Shown here piece by piece: positions 1 through 14,373 of a DNA stretch of 64,000 nt. The notes beneath the pieces are model-generated. The model made no database searches and was not told where the DNA came from. It saw nothing but the letters and a program-made list of their open reading frames with translations. The translations under genes were made by a program, and so were the position numbers. Within the stretch, counting starts at the first letter, position 1; every line of letters starts with the position of its first letter. Source of the DNA: Octopus sinensis (Eukaryota); contig NC_043024.1 of the NCBI RefSeq assembly GCF_006345805.1, positions 1,488,001-1,552,000 of the forward strand, given 5' to 3'.

Positions 1-158
1 AGCACTGCCTTTAGTCGGGCAAATCGACCCCGGGACTTATTCTTTGTAAGCCCAGTACTTATTCTATCGGTCTCTTTTGCTGAACCGCTAAGTGACGGGG
101 ACGTAAACACCAGCATCGGTTGTCAAGCAATGCTAGGGAGACAAACACACACACACAT

Positions 159-195
<37 letters not shown>

Positions 196-352
196 CGACA
201 GGCTTCTTTCAGTTTCCGTCTACCAAATCCACTCACAAGGCATTGATCGGCCCGGGGCTATAGCAGAAGACACTTGCCCGCGCAGTGGGACTGAACCCAG
301 AACCATGTGGTTGGTTAGCAAGCTACTTACCACACAGCCACTCCTACATATA
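1..352 (-). mobile_element. tRNA-derived SINE family A
   Basis: Reverse complement of the ~400-bp family (head gtggctgtgtggtaag...gggttcagtcccact, internal AC/TA microsatellite). More than 15 copies in the window. Confidence 0.85.
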
Positions 353-540
353 TATATATATATATGCAATGGGCATCTTTCAGGTACAATCTACCAAATC
401 CACTCACAAGCCTTTGGTCAACCTGAGGTTACAGTAGAAGACACTTGCTCAAGGTTCCACACACTGAGACTGAACCCAGAACTATGTGGTTGAGAAGCAA
501 GTTTTGTACCACACAGCCACACTTGCACCTATATATATAT

Positions 541-1115
541 CATCATCATCATCATCGTTTAACGTCCGCTTTCCATGCTGGCATGGGTTGGATGATTTGA
601 CTGAGGGCTGGCGAACCTGATGGCTGCACTTGACTCCAATCTGATCTGGCAGAGTTTCTACAGCTGGATGCCCTTCCTAATGCTAACCACTCCGAGAGTG
701 TAGTGGGTGCTTTTACGTGGTACTGGCATGAGGGCCAGTCAGGTGGTACTGCCAACAGCCATGATCAAATGATGCTTTTTATGTGCCACCTGCACAGGAG
801 CCAGTCCAGCAGCCCTGGTGACGACCTCGCTCGAATGTTTCACGTGCCACCAGCACAAGTGCCAGTAAGGCGATGCAGGCAACGATCTCGCTTGAATGGT
901 GCTTTTTACGTGCCATTGGCATGGAGGTCATCTTGTTGATCTGGGAGCGATCTCACTCGGATGGCACTCTTAGCGCTCCACTAGCACAGATACCAGTCCT
1001 CGAATTTGATTTCGATTTCAATTTCATTTGCCTCAACAGGTCTTCACAAGCAGAGTTTAGTGTCCAATAAAGGAAAGGTACGCATAAGTGGGCTGGTTAC
1101 ACCCCCTGGCATAGG
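541..1115 (-). mobile_element. SINE family C with (GAT)n tail and internal subrepeats
   Basis: catcatcat...ccatgctggcatgggttgg. Copies at 20345, 22370, 24445, 29515, 41230, 57965 and 63530. Confidence 0.8.
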
Positions 1116-1284
1116 CCACATATATATATATATGTATATATATATGTATATATATATTTATATATATATATATTGGCCTGCTCGCTTAGCCAGCGGGGTG
1201 GCGTCATTCGAAGGCCAAAAAACAATGCGAACGCATTGTGACCAGCGATGTGTAACTACATCTGATGGACTGGTCGGTCACGTG

Positions 1285-1318
<34 letters not shown>

Positions 1319-1498
1319 CTCTCTCTCTTTCGGAGAGGCTCTGAGCGCCTACACGCACACATACACACACGGCAGTAACTCCTGCCTACCGAATTCAATC
1401 AGAAAGCTTTGGTTGGCTCGGGGCCATAGCGGAAGACACCTGCCCAAAGTTCCACGCAGTGGGACTGAACCCGAAACCATATGGCTAGGAAGCAGATG

Positions 1499-1529
<31 letters not shown>

Positions 1530-1532
1530 TAT

Positions 1533-1565
<33 letters not shown>

Positions 1566-1618
1566 CCCTTATCTATTATTGATATGATCTCTGTTAAACA
1601 TTGTGCTGTATTTCATCG

Positions 1619-1657
<39 letters not shown>

Positions 1658-4532
1658 TTCTATGCATGCATACACATATGTTTACCTGCACATGCACACA
1701 AACATGCATGCATGTATGCACATACACATATACAGACACCTCAGAAGTAAATACGTTCCTCTTATATGTGTGTATATACGTGTATGTTTGTATATGTATG
1801 TGTATGTGTGTGTATGTGTGTATATATGTGTGTGTATGTATGTATGTGTGTATATGTATGTATGTGTGTATATGTATGTGTATATATGTTTGTATATGTA
1901 TGTGTGTCTGTGTGTATGTTTGTATATGTATGTGTGTGTATGTATGTGTGTATGTTTGTTTATGTGTGTATGTGTGTGTGTATGTTTGTATGTGTGGTAT
2001 TTGTATGTGTGCATGTGTGTGTATATATGTGTGTGTATATATGTGTGTGTATGTTTGTATATATATATATGTGTGTATGTATATATGTGTGTGTATGTTT
2101 GTTTATGTATGTGTGTGTATGTTTGTATATGTGTGTATGTATATGTGTGTGTATGTTTGTTTATGTATGTGTGTGTATTTACATACGTATTTGTGTATAC
2201 AGTCATAGGCATGTGCATACACCACTCCTGCATATACACAGACACCCCAACAGTCAATAGACGCATCTCTTTATAATTGTTTCATGTGTGTGGATACTGC
2301 ATCGTTTGTCTGTTGCTGATACGGGTTTAATCATTGAAAATATTGCTCAAGGCATGTCTACGAAATGCTAGATTAAATAGTTAAACGCATCAAAATACAT
2401 TATTTTGATTCTAAAAATAAATCTGTCAACAAAGCAGGCACAGGTGTGGCTGTGTGGGTAAGAAGCTTGCTTCGCAACCTCATGGCTCCAGGTTCAGTCC
2501 CACTGCATGGTACATTGGGCAAGTGTCATCTACTATAATCTCAGGTTGACCAAAGCCTGGAGAATGGATTTGGTAGACAGAAACTGAAAGAAGCCTGTTG
2601 TATGCATACAAATACACGTGCACACATAAATGAGACAAGGGAGAAATTGACATATAGCCATCAGTTTATTCAAAGATATTCAAATCAATATAATATGAAT
2701 TTCTTATCCCTACAGCCGTTTCTATAACCAATTAATTCAATTAGATAAATTAAATTAAATTAATTAAAAATTTTGATATTGAAACTGGTTAATTGGGAGA
2801 ACAGGATGCAAACATCTCTTAAAGGATTATAGGGCCTTGGCATAATTAAATTTATATATATGTTTTTACTTGTTCCAGTCATTTGACTGTGGCCATGCTA
2901 GAGCACTGCCTTGAAGGCTTTTTTTGTTTTGAACATATTGACCCCAGGACTTAGTTTTTAAGCCTAGTACTTATTCTATTCGTCTCTTTTACCAAAGTGC
3001 TTTCAGTTTCCGTCTACCAAATCCACTCACAAGGCTTTGATTAGTCTGAGGTTATAGCAGAAGACACTTGCTCTAGGTGCCATGCTATAGGAATGAACCC
3101 AGAACTACGTGGTTGGGAAGCAAGCTTCTTACCACACAGCCACGTCTGTGTCTATTTATATATCTATGTGTGTGTGTGTCTTTGTGTCTGTGTTATGACT
3201 TAGCGGTTCAACAAAGAGGTTTGATAGAATAAATACTATGCTTAAAAAAATAGAAATAAGTCCTTCAAGAAGGTGCCCCAGCATGGCAGCAGTCAAATGA
3301 CTGAAACAAATAAAAGGTAAAAAAAATAATCCTGTCTATTTATTTTTGATGTGTGTCTGTGAACATGTTTACACACACACTCACACACACACACACGTTT
3401 TAAGCACGTACACATACATACAAACATCAGGAATTTATATAATTTATATGGCAGCAAATTACCATATTGATATCACGAGACAATATCCATGTCATTATAT
3501 CTATGATTTACCATTTACTCAATCACCATGGCAACACGTGGCAGTAAAGAATATCACATGATGTACAATATATCTTATGATATCAAATTCATTATTGAAT
3601 GCATTATCCAGAATATGCTTGAGTGTATTGATTCTGGTGCCTTTTCATTAGATTAAAGTGTTATGAGTTATCACATCGAGTGGAGTGGGACCCTTCACTC
3701 AAATAACTGACTTTTGAGAACAAGTATGTGTTTGCACTTGAGTAAACTTATAAATAAAAGAGACTTGGCTGTGTGGGTAAGAAGCTTGCTTCCCAACCAC
3801 ATGGCTCTGGGTTCTGGGTTCAGTCCCACTGCATGGCACCTTGGTCAAGTGTTTTCTACAATAGCATTGGGCTGAGTGGAATGGTAGATGGAAACTGAAA
3901 GAAGTCTGCTGGCATCTTGGGCAAGTGTCTTCTGCTATAGCCCCAGGCCGACCAATGCCTTGTGAGTGGATTTGGTAGACGGAAACAGAAAGAAGCCTGT
4001 CGTATATGTATATATATATATATATATGTGTGTGTATGTGTTTGTGTGTCTGTGTTTGTCCCCCTGGTGTGTTTACATCCCCGTCACTTAGCGGTTCGGC
4101 AAAAGAGACCGATAGAATAAGTACTGGGCTTACAAAGAATAAGTCCCGGGGTCGATTTGCTCGACTAAAAGGCGATGCTCCAGCATGGCTGCAGTCAAAT
4201 GACTGAAACAAGTAAAAGAAAGAGAGAGACATACAAATATATGTTTGTATGTGTGTGTGTGTGTGTGTCTTTTTGTCTATGTTTGTCTCTCACCGCTGCT
4301 TGATGACAGGTGTTGGTGTTGGTGAAACTTTCTGAGAAATAGTGCTGTTAGTTGCCTACAAAAAAGAGAAACTGACTAACAACATCATATCTCCAAAGAT
4401 TTCTTGAAGAAGGGGTTTTAACCCAAAATATTGAAGTACGAGGTAAAAGTACAAAACATTGACTTGCATTATTTGTTATAACTTGCATTGTATTAGTTTA
4501 ATATATATATACACATATATATATATACATAT

Positions 4533-4711
4533 AGGCATAGGAGTGACTGTGTGGTAAGTAGCTTGCTTACCAGCCACATGGTTTCGGGTTCAGTCCCACT
4601 GTGTGGCACCTTGGGCGAGTGTATTCTACTATAGCCTCAGGCTGACCAAAGCCTTGTAAGTGGATTTGGTAGATGGAAACTGAAAGAAGCCCATCGTATA
4701 TGTGTGTATAT

Positions 4712-4742
<31 letters not shown>

Positions 4743-4940
4743 ATGTTTGTGTTTGTCCCCTCAAAATTGTTTGACAACCGATGCTGGTGTGTTTACATCC
4801 CCGTAACTTAGCAGCTCGGCAAAAGAGACCAATAGAATAAGTACTAGGTTTACAAAGAATAAGTCCTGGGGTCGATTTGCTTGACTAATGGCGGTGCTCC
4901 AGCATGGCCACAGTCAAATGACTGAAACAAGTAAAAGAGT
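4533..4940 (+). mobile_element. SINE family A, full length
   Basis: Runs from the head to the cagtcaaatgactgaaacaagtaaaagag tail. Confidence 0.85.
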
Positions 4941-5482
4941 ATATATCAGATTCATATACTTATTTATTTTAACTAAAATTTTCATTGCATCTTGCAACCT
5001 TTTCAATAGTCATTATCTGTCTATTATCTTATAAGATAAATTAATAAGACACTAACAGAGCTTGACTTTCCCCAGACACAATAAAACATGCTTCAACACA
5101 CAAATTCACATAAAGAATCCTGCAAACCAAATACAAAAAGAAATGTCAGGCACATGCAAACTATATTACTCTGTTGCTGTAATTGTTTAACCCTCATTCA
5201 GCTCTGATGAAGCAGACCTGGAATTAGAGACATTCCAACTGTGACCTCATACCCTCTATTCAGACATTCATGTAACTGGGATTATCTCATTATCCAATGT
5301 GTTCTTCCTTTTTTTGAGACAGCAGCACCATGGCTGCGAAATTAAGAAGTCTGCTTCTTAAACGCATGGTTCTGGGTTCAGGCCCATCGTGTGGCCATCT
5401 GAACAAGTTTCTTCTGCTGTAGCTCCAGGGAAGGGAAACAAAAAGAAGCCTGTTGTGTGAGTGTGTGTGTGTAAAGAGCAGC

Positions 5483-6735
5483 AGAAAGACAAGAGGAGAG
5501 AGAGAGAGAGAGAGAGGGAGGGAGAGGGAAAGAGGATGAATGGAAAAGGGGATAATACATGGAAGAAGAAGAAAATTAAAGGGAAACAAGGGGGATAGAG
5601 AGGTGTTTTGGAGAGAAGAGAGAGAAATTTGTGAAAATGAGAAAATAGAGAAAATAAGCAGAGAGTAACAGAAGGAAAGGAAGAGGCAGTAAATGAAGAG
5701 ATTGATAGAAAGAGAGGAAGATAGAGAGAAGAAACCAAAGAAAAATTAAGTGAAATATGAAAGAAAACGAGAGAGAGAGAGAGAGAGAGCTGTAAGCGTA
5801 AAGAAAAGAGAGATAAACGGGAAAAGGAAGAGAAACTAATTGATAAAGAGAGAAGGAGAGAAGGGGAAGCGAGAAATAGAGAGAGAGGGAGAGTGATAAA
5901 GGAAATGGAAGAGAAGTGGAGGGGAAAGAAGAGAGAGATACTAAACGAGAGAGCGAGAGAAAGCAGGAAGTGTAAAGGAAAGAGAGAGAGAGAGACGACA
6001 AAGTATTAGTCATAGAGAAAGAGAGAGGAATGGAGAAATAAAGAGAAAAAGAGAGCAGAGAGGGGAAATGAGAGAAAGTAATGGACAAAAGACATAAGGA
6101 CAAAGGTGCAAGATAATAAAAAAAAAAATGCGAATGAGAGACAAGAGGAGAGAAAAAGGGAAACTAAATGACAAAGAGAGAGAATGAGGGTGACAGGGGA
6201 AAAAGAAGAGAAGGCATTAGACAAAGACAGAAGAGAGAGAGAGGAGCAGAGAGAGAGAGAGAGAGAGACAAGAAAAAAGTGAGAGAGAGAACGAGATAGA
6301 AAGAGAGAAAGAGACAAGAAGAAGAGCCATTGACAAAGAGAAAGAGAGAGAGGGGAGCAGAGAGAGAGAGAGAGAGAGAACGAGATAGAAAGAGACAAAG
6401 AAAAAGCGAGAGAGAATGTGATAGAAAGAGAGAAATAGTGAGACAAAGACAGAAGAAAGAGAGAGAGAGAGAATGTGATAGAAAGAGAGAAATAGACAAA
6501 GAAGAAGAACCAGTGGACAAAGAGAAAGAGAGGGAGGGAGACAAAGGAAAAAGGAGTGAAATAAGTGAGAGAGAGAGAGAGAACGCGTTTGAAAGAAAAA
6601 GAAAGAAAGAATGAGAGAGAGAGTAAGCGCGTGAGAAATAGAAAGAATATAGAGAGGAGGGGGAAAAAGAGAGAGAGATAGTAGAGAAGGAAGAAAGAAA
6701 ACAGGAAAAAGAAAGGGTGAGAGGAAGAGGAAATA
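5483..6735 (+). repeat. ~1.25-kb polypurine (GA-rich) tract
   Basis: Overwhelmingly A/G on the + strand. Confidence 0.95.
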
Positions 6736-8596
6736 GTGCAGGGGTCGTTGATGCGATGAGTTACTGTTCCTTGTTCCATAGAAACTGGGTCAGTATACTA
6801 TGGCTTGCCGACTGTTGCGACTTCACTCGTTAAACTATCTCTCTCTCTATATATATAATATTCCCCCCCCCGCCTCATATGGCTTTGTTGTATATATACA
6901 ATATTTATAGATGTACCATATAGTGCTATCTATATAATTTATAATCATTTCGATAGATATGTGTTGTATATTACGGATTGGTTGGAGATTACGTTATTTA
7001 AATATTTAAATATTTTAAAATAAATGTAGTAATTTTGAATAATTTTTGGAATTATTTTTCTCATAAATTATTGATAATAAATAATTTTTGAATATTTAAA
7101 TGATATTAATTATACTTAGATGGATGTGGAAGAAAACGCACACCACACACACACACGCGCGTGGACACGCACGCACACACTTTTGTCCTTTGTAAATTCA
7201 AACGTACATTCACGCACTCTTGAACACACACATATATGTATATACACACTTGTAATACATATGTGTGTGTGTGTGTGTGTAGGGAAGGTTAGAGAGTATA
7301 GTGGCGTCCTAATACAATACGTATTGTGTATATATATTGTATTTATATCTATCTATCTATACATACACACATACATACATACATACACACAGAAATACGC
7401 ACAATGTGTATATATATATATATATATGTATCTATATAAATACAATATATATATTATATATATTATGCTCAACATTATACACACACACACACACACAACA
7501 CACAACACACATATATATATTATATATATATTATATATATATATATATATATTACATACATATATATATTATATAATACATATATATATGTATATATATA
7601 TAATATAATTATATACTATGCACACAATTTCTTTATGCGGTTGTTGAGCACTCATTCCATCGTTCTACATTTACGTGTGTGTGTGTGTGTGTGTGTGTGT
7701 ATACATACATACATACATACATATATATACATGTATATAAAGTAGATAAGGTTAATCTAGGCATGTCTGCTTATTCCAGTAATCCAAATCCGTATGTGTA
7801 GATGTTGTGGGAGGTATGCAAAAGAGATGAAGATAGTGGAAAACATTTTTGCAGAGTAATTATACATCAAAACAGAATACATACACGCGCACACACACAT
7901 TTATATATATACTGCGGTTGACTGCTGCTTTCTGCAATGTTCAACCACCGTGAAGCGATGCTGGCATGTATGTCTTCACTAAGGTACAGATGCCGAGTAA
8001 GACCAGCAGTTGCTCACGCAGCAAGTCTTCTTTCTCCACAAAAGCAATGTTACACTAAAAGAATGGTAAGGGAGCTTCTAGATACGTTTTGGTTCCAGAA
8101 ATAGGCAGAACCATGTAAAGATATAACGTCGGAACCTTACGACATTATAATTATATTAATATTCCTAATAGGGAATCGGCTTTGCCCTATTAAGGTTCAC
8201 TCCCAAATCCTTTTGTGTGGGCACGGACATTAGGCAGCAGGGGATTGGAAATATAAGGATCAGAAACGTGTATACAAGAGGACTGGAATGTGTTAGAGAA
8301 CAAAGAATACTCCACATTTATGTAGTGAGTTTTGTAATGTATAGCTCCTAATGAATCTATCTATTTATCTATCCCCCCTCCAACCTCTCTCTCTCTCTCT
8401 CCACAGACATATTTAAAAAAATGAGGCTGTCAGAATTTTGGATAATCCTTTATTAGCACTTTCGTTTGTTTAGCCGAAACCTTCAAGAAAAACTGGGTTT
8501 CCTATATTGTTAAGAGCAATATTCGAAGTGAAACCAATGGTGACTTTCTGATCAGCCATAACGAACGGCTACTGCTATATTTCATTTCATAACAGC

Positions 8597-8676
8597 TACC
8601 TCTGAAGAGCGCTGGGTTACATAATCGGACCGTTACACAACACTCTGTTGAATCCCTGGTGCGAAACCGTTTGGCA
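8597..8676 (+). ncRNA. Hammerhead-like motif with an extended stem II (decayed)
   Basis: TACCT-CTGAAGA-GCGCTGG(40 nt)CTGGTGC-GAAA-CCG-TT-TGGCA. Stem II pairs fully when G-U is allowed; stem I is weak. Confidence 0.35.
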
Positions 8677-8794
8677 TGATCAATGAGGACAAATATCCGT
8701 CAAATGTAAAAAATGTAGAATATTGTTAATAGCGATTTCGAAGACCAGTTAAGCCATAGTCGGACTATATGTATGTATATATATATATAATATA

Positions 8795-8938
8795 TTCTTG
8801 TACTTGTTTCAGTCATTTGACTGCAGCCATGCTGGAACACCCTAGGACTTATTCTCTGTAAACCTAGTACTTATCCTATCGGTCTCATTTGCCGGGGACG
8901 TAAACACACCAACATCAGTTGTCAAGCGACAAACATCT

Positions 8939-8972
<34 letters not shown>

Positions 8973-8984
8973 CTATATATATAT

Positions 8985-9018
<34 letters not shown>

Positions 9019-9470
9019 CGGGCTTCTTTCAGTTTCCGTCTACCAAACCCACTCACGAGGCTTTGGTTGGCCCGAAGCTATAGCAGAAGGGAACCCGGGA
9101 CCATGTTTACCAACCACATGGTTCCGGGTTCAGTCCCACTGCGTGGCACCTTGGGCAAGTGTCTTCTACTGTAGCCTCGGGCCGACCAAAGCCTTGCGAG
9201 TGGATTTGGTAGATGGAAACTGAAAGAAGCCTGTCGTATATATGTATATATATATATCTTTGTGTGTGTTTGTGTGTCTGTGTTTGTCCCCCCAACATTG
9301 CTTGACAACCGATGCTGGTGTGTTTATGTCCCCGTCACTTAGCGGTTCGGCAAAAGAGACCGATAGAATAAGTACTGGGCTCACAATGAAAAAGTCCCGG
9401 GGTTGAGTTGCTCGATTAAAGGCGGTGCTCCAGCATGGCCGCAGTCAAATGACTGAAACAAGTAAAAGAG
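8795..9470. mobile_element. Two SINE family A copies fused head-to-head (- then +)
   Basis: 8795-9100 is on the minus strand and 9105-9470 on the plus strand. Confidence 0.8.
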
Positions 9471-10076
9471 TATATATATATATATATAATATATATATTT
9501 ATACACACACACACGCATTCATCTATTCACTCATCCATACAATTGGTGTAGTCGCTAGAGCGTCGGAGGGTTAACTTGGTAATCGTTCTATTCAGAGTTC
9601 TAATACTTCCAAGGTCAATAAGCTTAGCCTTTCATGCCGTCAGGGCCTTTAAAGTACCAGCTCTGTACAGGCTTCCATTCCTGAGGGATTTCGGGAAGAA
9701 GTCGGCTGTAGGTTAGACCTCAGAGGAGATGGGTTTCGTTGCCCTCTCCCTAAATGCTAGACATGCTTATTACGACTGCATTCCTATTTTGAAGGGCGCA
9801 TGATTACACACACACACACACATATATTTCTTTACTGCCCACAAGGGGCTAAACACAGAGGGGTCAAACAAGGACAGACATAGGTATTAAGTCGATAACA
9901 TCGACCCCAGTGCGTAACTGGTACTTAATTTATCGACCCCGAATGGATGAAAGGCAAAGTCGACCTCGGCGGAATTTGAACTCAGAACGTAACGACAGAC
10001 GAAATATGGTATATATAATATATATATACATATAAATAATATATAATATATATATATATGTATATATAGTATATAT

Positions 10077-10108
<32 letters not shown>

Positions 10109-10131
10109 GTATATGTAAGTATATATATATG

Positions 10132-10162
<31 letters not shown>

Positions 10163-10260
10163 TATATATATGTATATATATATGTATATATATAATATAT
10201 ATATATATATATAATATATATATGTAGATATATATTATATATATATATATATATATATGC

Positions 10261-10339
<79 letters not shown>

Positions 10340-11229
10340 ATATATAGATATATATATATATATATATATATAGTATATATATATATATGCATATATATAT
10401 ATATATATATATACTATAAATAAACACAATGGGACAAGAACGCAAAACATTCAAATAGACAATACAAAAAAACACGGGACGGGTCATTCGAAGCCTCTAA
10501 TCTTCAGTCAAGAACCGGATCATCCTCGCAATTTCGGCTGAGGCAATGCTGCAGCATGGCCGCTGGCTGAAACGAAAAGGAGGAAGAATAAAGTGTATGC
10601 GCGCCGCAAACTTATGCATATGTACAATATACTATATATATTTTTATATATTATATAAAAGGGCTTAGTAAAATAAATTACTTTGCCGCATACTGAACTC
10701 ATTAGAAATAGCCTTAAATGGTCCCTTTGCATACTGAATACTTGGTGAAATTGATAAATTTATTAATTTTACCCTCAATTGTTGAAATATATTTTTATAT
10801 ATATATGAATACATATATATTAATATGTAGTTAGGTTAAGGTTATGATTTAGAGAGAAAGAGAAAAGGAGAGCGAGAGATAAATAGAACGTGTATGAGTA
10901 AGAGAGAGGGGGAGAGAGAGTGAAAGACAGAGAGGGGGAGAGTGCGAGTGTACGCTCCAACGTCTGTAATAGTACTTAACGACAGAACTGTGAAGTCTTT
11001 GTGGCTGACTTTAAAGAAAACCAAAATATAGAACTTGTATATTTTTCTCGCTGTGTGTCCCCGTTGAAAAGTAAACATAAAAATATTACCGAAAAATAGT
11101 AATAATAATAATTATTGTAAAATAATGTAAAAAAAAAAAAAATTTTAATATCGTCGTAATGGTAATATCTTATACCATATTAATAATTATGTTTTAAATA
11201 TGTAAAGGAAAAAAACAACAAAAAGGAAA

Positions 11230-11345
11230 AAAATGCTACGAAGCGACGGGAAGTGGCGAAGGTTGACGGAAAAGTATGAAAGCTTTAAGATATTTTCGGT
11301 GGAGTGAAAAAGCGGAACGTGTTAGAACTGGTGGCAGCCATTTTG
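11230..11345 (-). promoter_or_regulatory. Promoter-like islet with a YY1-type motif and an ETS-like motif
   Basis: AAAATGGCTGC on the minus strand (11334-11344) and cgggaagtgg (11247-11256) in a CpG-retaining islet. Confidence 0.4.
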
Positions 11346-11361
11346 AATATATACAATATAC

Positions 11362-11415
<54 letters not shown>

Positions 11416-11461
11416 TATATGTGTATAATGTGTGTATATATATATGTATAATATATATATA

Positions 11462-11504
<43 letters not shown>

Positions 11505-12298
11505 ATATGTATATATATGGGTGTGTATGTGTATATATGTGTGTATTTAAATATATATATATATATTTAATATTCATAATATATATTTTATATTTAATAT
11601 TGCATGATATATATATCATGCATATATATATATATGGAGAGAGAGAGAGACCGACAGATTAAGTACCAGGCTTAGCAAAAAGCACTGGGGTTTATTAATC
11701 CGACCAAAACCCCTTCAAGGCGGTGCCCCAGCATGGCTGTCGTGAAAAGAAATGAAAGTATATACATATATATATATATACACACCCATATATATATTTA
11801 GTATAATATAATAAAATATAGCATAGACAATAAACACGAGTTCTATAAAGATAATAGTCCAAGATGTGCTCACGAAAGACGTGCACAGCTTGTATATTTG
11901 ATGATAGTAATTATTTTGTTCTTTGCTTTAAGGTTGCCAGCCGGTCAGCCGGGTGAAGCCGATAGACAATATCCTGCCTGACACCCTTTTATAAATTCTG
12001 AATGTGTTGCGAGCGTGGTTCATTATATTTTGTACGTTGATTAGAGATGGATCGCTTAATTTTCTCAATGCTGCTATCTTATATTAAACCTATACACAGT
12101 TCGTTCTCTCTCTCTGTGTTCGTGTGTTCGCCATTCCGTCTCGGCGTCCATTTCACGATGGCTTTTCCCTTCCATCCAAAACACATTATTTTACTCAATG
12201 AATGGCTGGGGGTGACTGACTTTTACTCTACTCTTTTCTACACTACTTCACATAAACAAGGCCCCTGTCACACACACCGCCGGGGCAGGGCAGCTCAC

Positions 12299-12440
12299 CT
12301 CTCGCGCGTCTGCTGGAACCAGTGCAATATCATAGAAATAATAATTATAAGGTGATCGATAGATCGATATGGAAGAACCCCCGGCCGCACGCTTCTGTGT
12401 ATTTTTTTCACTTCTATAAAACTTTCTGCGGAAGATTATA
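12299..12440 (-). other. Candidate non-coding first exon of a divergently transcribed gene
   Basis: Minus-strand GAG|GTGAGC donor at 12299/12298 in CpG-rich unique sequence. No downstream exon identified. Confidence 0.25.
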
Positions 12441-12956
12441 AAAGAAAACAAATAGTCTATAAAATATTATGACATAGTGAAGGGGATAAGTCATAATATA
12501 GATGTGTTAGAATGGTTGATAAAAAGGTCAATGAAATGATGTGAGCGCCCCAGGGTGGGAGCAGTGCTTGGATGAACAGACACGTATAAAAGATTTAGCA
12601 AACACTTATAGAATAGATAAACAAGAGATAAAGGAAATAAATTGTAAATTTATACGTTTCATATGACATGACCAGTGTAGACTCCATATATATATATATA
12701 TACATACATACAAACACCCACACTCACACATGTATGCGCGCGTGTGTGTGTGTATGTATCATGCACTTAGTATTGGAACAATTCATAAATTCAAAATCTA
12801 TTCCCTCACGGACATCTGTCTGTACAGCAGCTCGAACTGATTATCGTTATTAAACTTTTATTCATAAACACATATTCTAAGTTCACAACTATGCAGTTTT
12901 AATTTCCCTCTCTGTTGCACACATATACACACAATGTGTGTATGTATGTATGTATG

Positions 12957-13034
<78 letters not shown>

Positions 13035-13409
13035 CATGTAGCCACAGCTACATAAATGTTTGTATCTCTAACGTATGCAGACGTATATATATAATTGAAT
13101 ATACGCTGATATATTACTGTCTACCTTTATTGATATATATGCACTGTTATACACCAAGTTACTTTAACACAAACTCGGCAACACGCGCATTTACCTGCAT
13201 ATACAATATCCTAATGACTAAACGTATACAACACAAACACACATAGTACAAAAGTCTACAATGTATGGCACAGACCGATAAGTATATAGAACAGTACACG
13301 CATACAGGCATATGTATCGCCATACACATACAATACACGAATGACTGCCACAAACACACATCGACTTTTTGTATAGAATTCTATAATGTATGGCACACAC
13401 ACGTGCATA

Positions 13410-13690
13410 TTTATTTATCTACACAAACCATACATTGACTGACTCACACACAGACACTGAAATACACACACAAACACAATGTATAAAAGTCTATGTGTAT
13501 ATTTATCTACACAAGCCATACATTGACTGGCTCACACAGACACTGAAATACACACAAACACAATGTATAAAAGTCTATGTGTATATTTATCTACATAAAC
13601 CATACATTGACTGGCTCACACACAGACACTCAAATACACACACAAACACAATGTATAAAAGCCTACAATGTATGACACATACACATACTA
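13410..13690 (+). repeat. AC-rich minisatellite, ~84-88 bp unit x3
   Basis: cattgact at 13433, 13521 and 13605. Confidence 0.85.
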
Positions 13691-14327
13691 TACATTGAGT
13701 GGTGCGCGCACACACTAACAGTATGGCAGTCACACACACACACACATACATACATTCATTTATATATATACATACATACTGTACACAGATAACTGCCACA
13801 CACAAACATACACACACGCAATATAAAAGTCTACAATGTATGGCACACACATCACAAATACAAAGATTTGTGAGGGTTCCACTCATATTTTTCCTTCAAT
13901 GTATCCCTAACCTAAAGCTATCTTTCTCTCTCTCTCTGTCTCTCTCTGTATATATTTATTATTTTATTCCCTTCCAATAATAAATACTATTATTTAACAA
14001 CTATATTACTATTACTATTATTATTATTAGTATTATCATCATTATTGTCTTTCCATGTTCATCGGTCTTTCCCGGTATATTGAAGATGTATATGTGCGTG
14101 TAGGTGTGAGTGTATGGGTATACAATGTATGCGCGCGTGTGTGTTTGCGTATAGTGTGTATATATATGTATATATATATACATATATATACATATTTAAA
14201 TGTGTGTGCATCTATATATATATATATATTATATATACATATTTAAATATGTGTGTGTATATATAATACATATTTAAATATGTGTGTGTGTATATATATA
14301 TATATATGCACACACACATTTTAAATA

Positions 14328-14373
<46 letters not shown>

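Noticed and set aside
1533-2276. Long ORFs rich in Y/I/V/C/H/T (also at 9930, 23277, 41819, 47557 and elsewhere)
   Set aside because: Translations of (TA)n/(TG)n/(CA)n microsatellites, open in several frames on both strands.
5204-5262. CTGATGA followed by a small hairpin
   Set aside because: No GAAA after the putative stem II and no stem I, so it is not a hammerhead.
5358-6779. Long L/S/F-rich and R/E/K-rich ORFs (also 14507-15419)
   Set aside because: Translations of polypurine/polypyrimidine tracts.
7937-8065. ATG-started frame MFNHREAMLACMSSLRYRCRVRPAVAHAASLLSPQKQCYTKRM ending at a gtaag donor, resembling a mitochondrial presequence exon
   Set aside because: The DNA aligns with the repeat at about 32160-32240 (aagaccagcagt.gc.cacgca...aatgtta), so it is a diverged repeat copy. 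No partner exon was found.
10470-10545. Minus-strand CTGAAGA and GAAA motifs in a repeat fragment
   Set aside because: Could not be folded into any hammerhead topology with paired stems.
13410-13690. Regularly spaced repeats that might suggest a CRISPR-like array
   Set aside because: Whole units are repeated with no unique spacers, in a eukaryotic context; it is a minisatellite.
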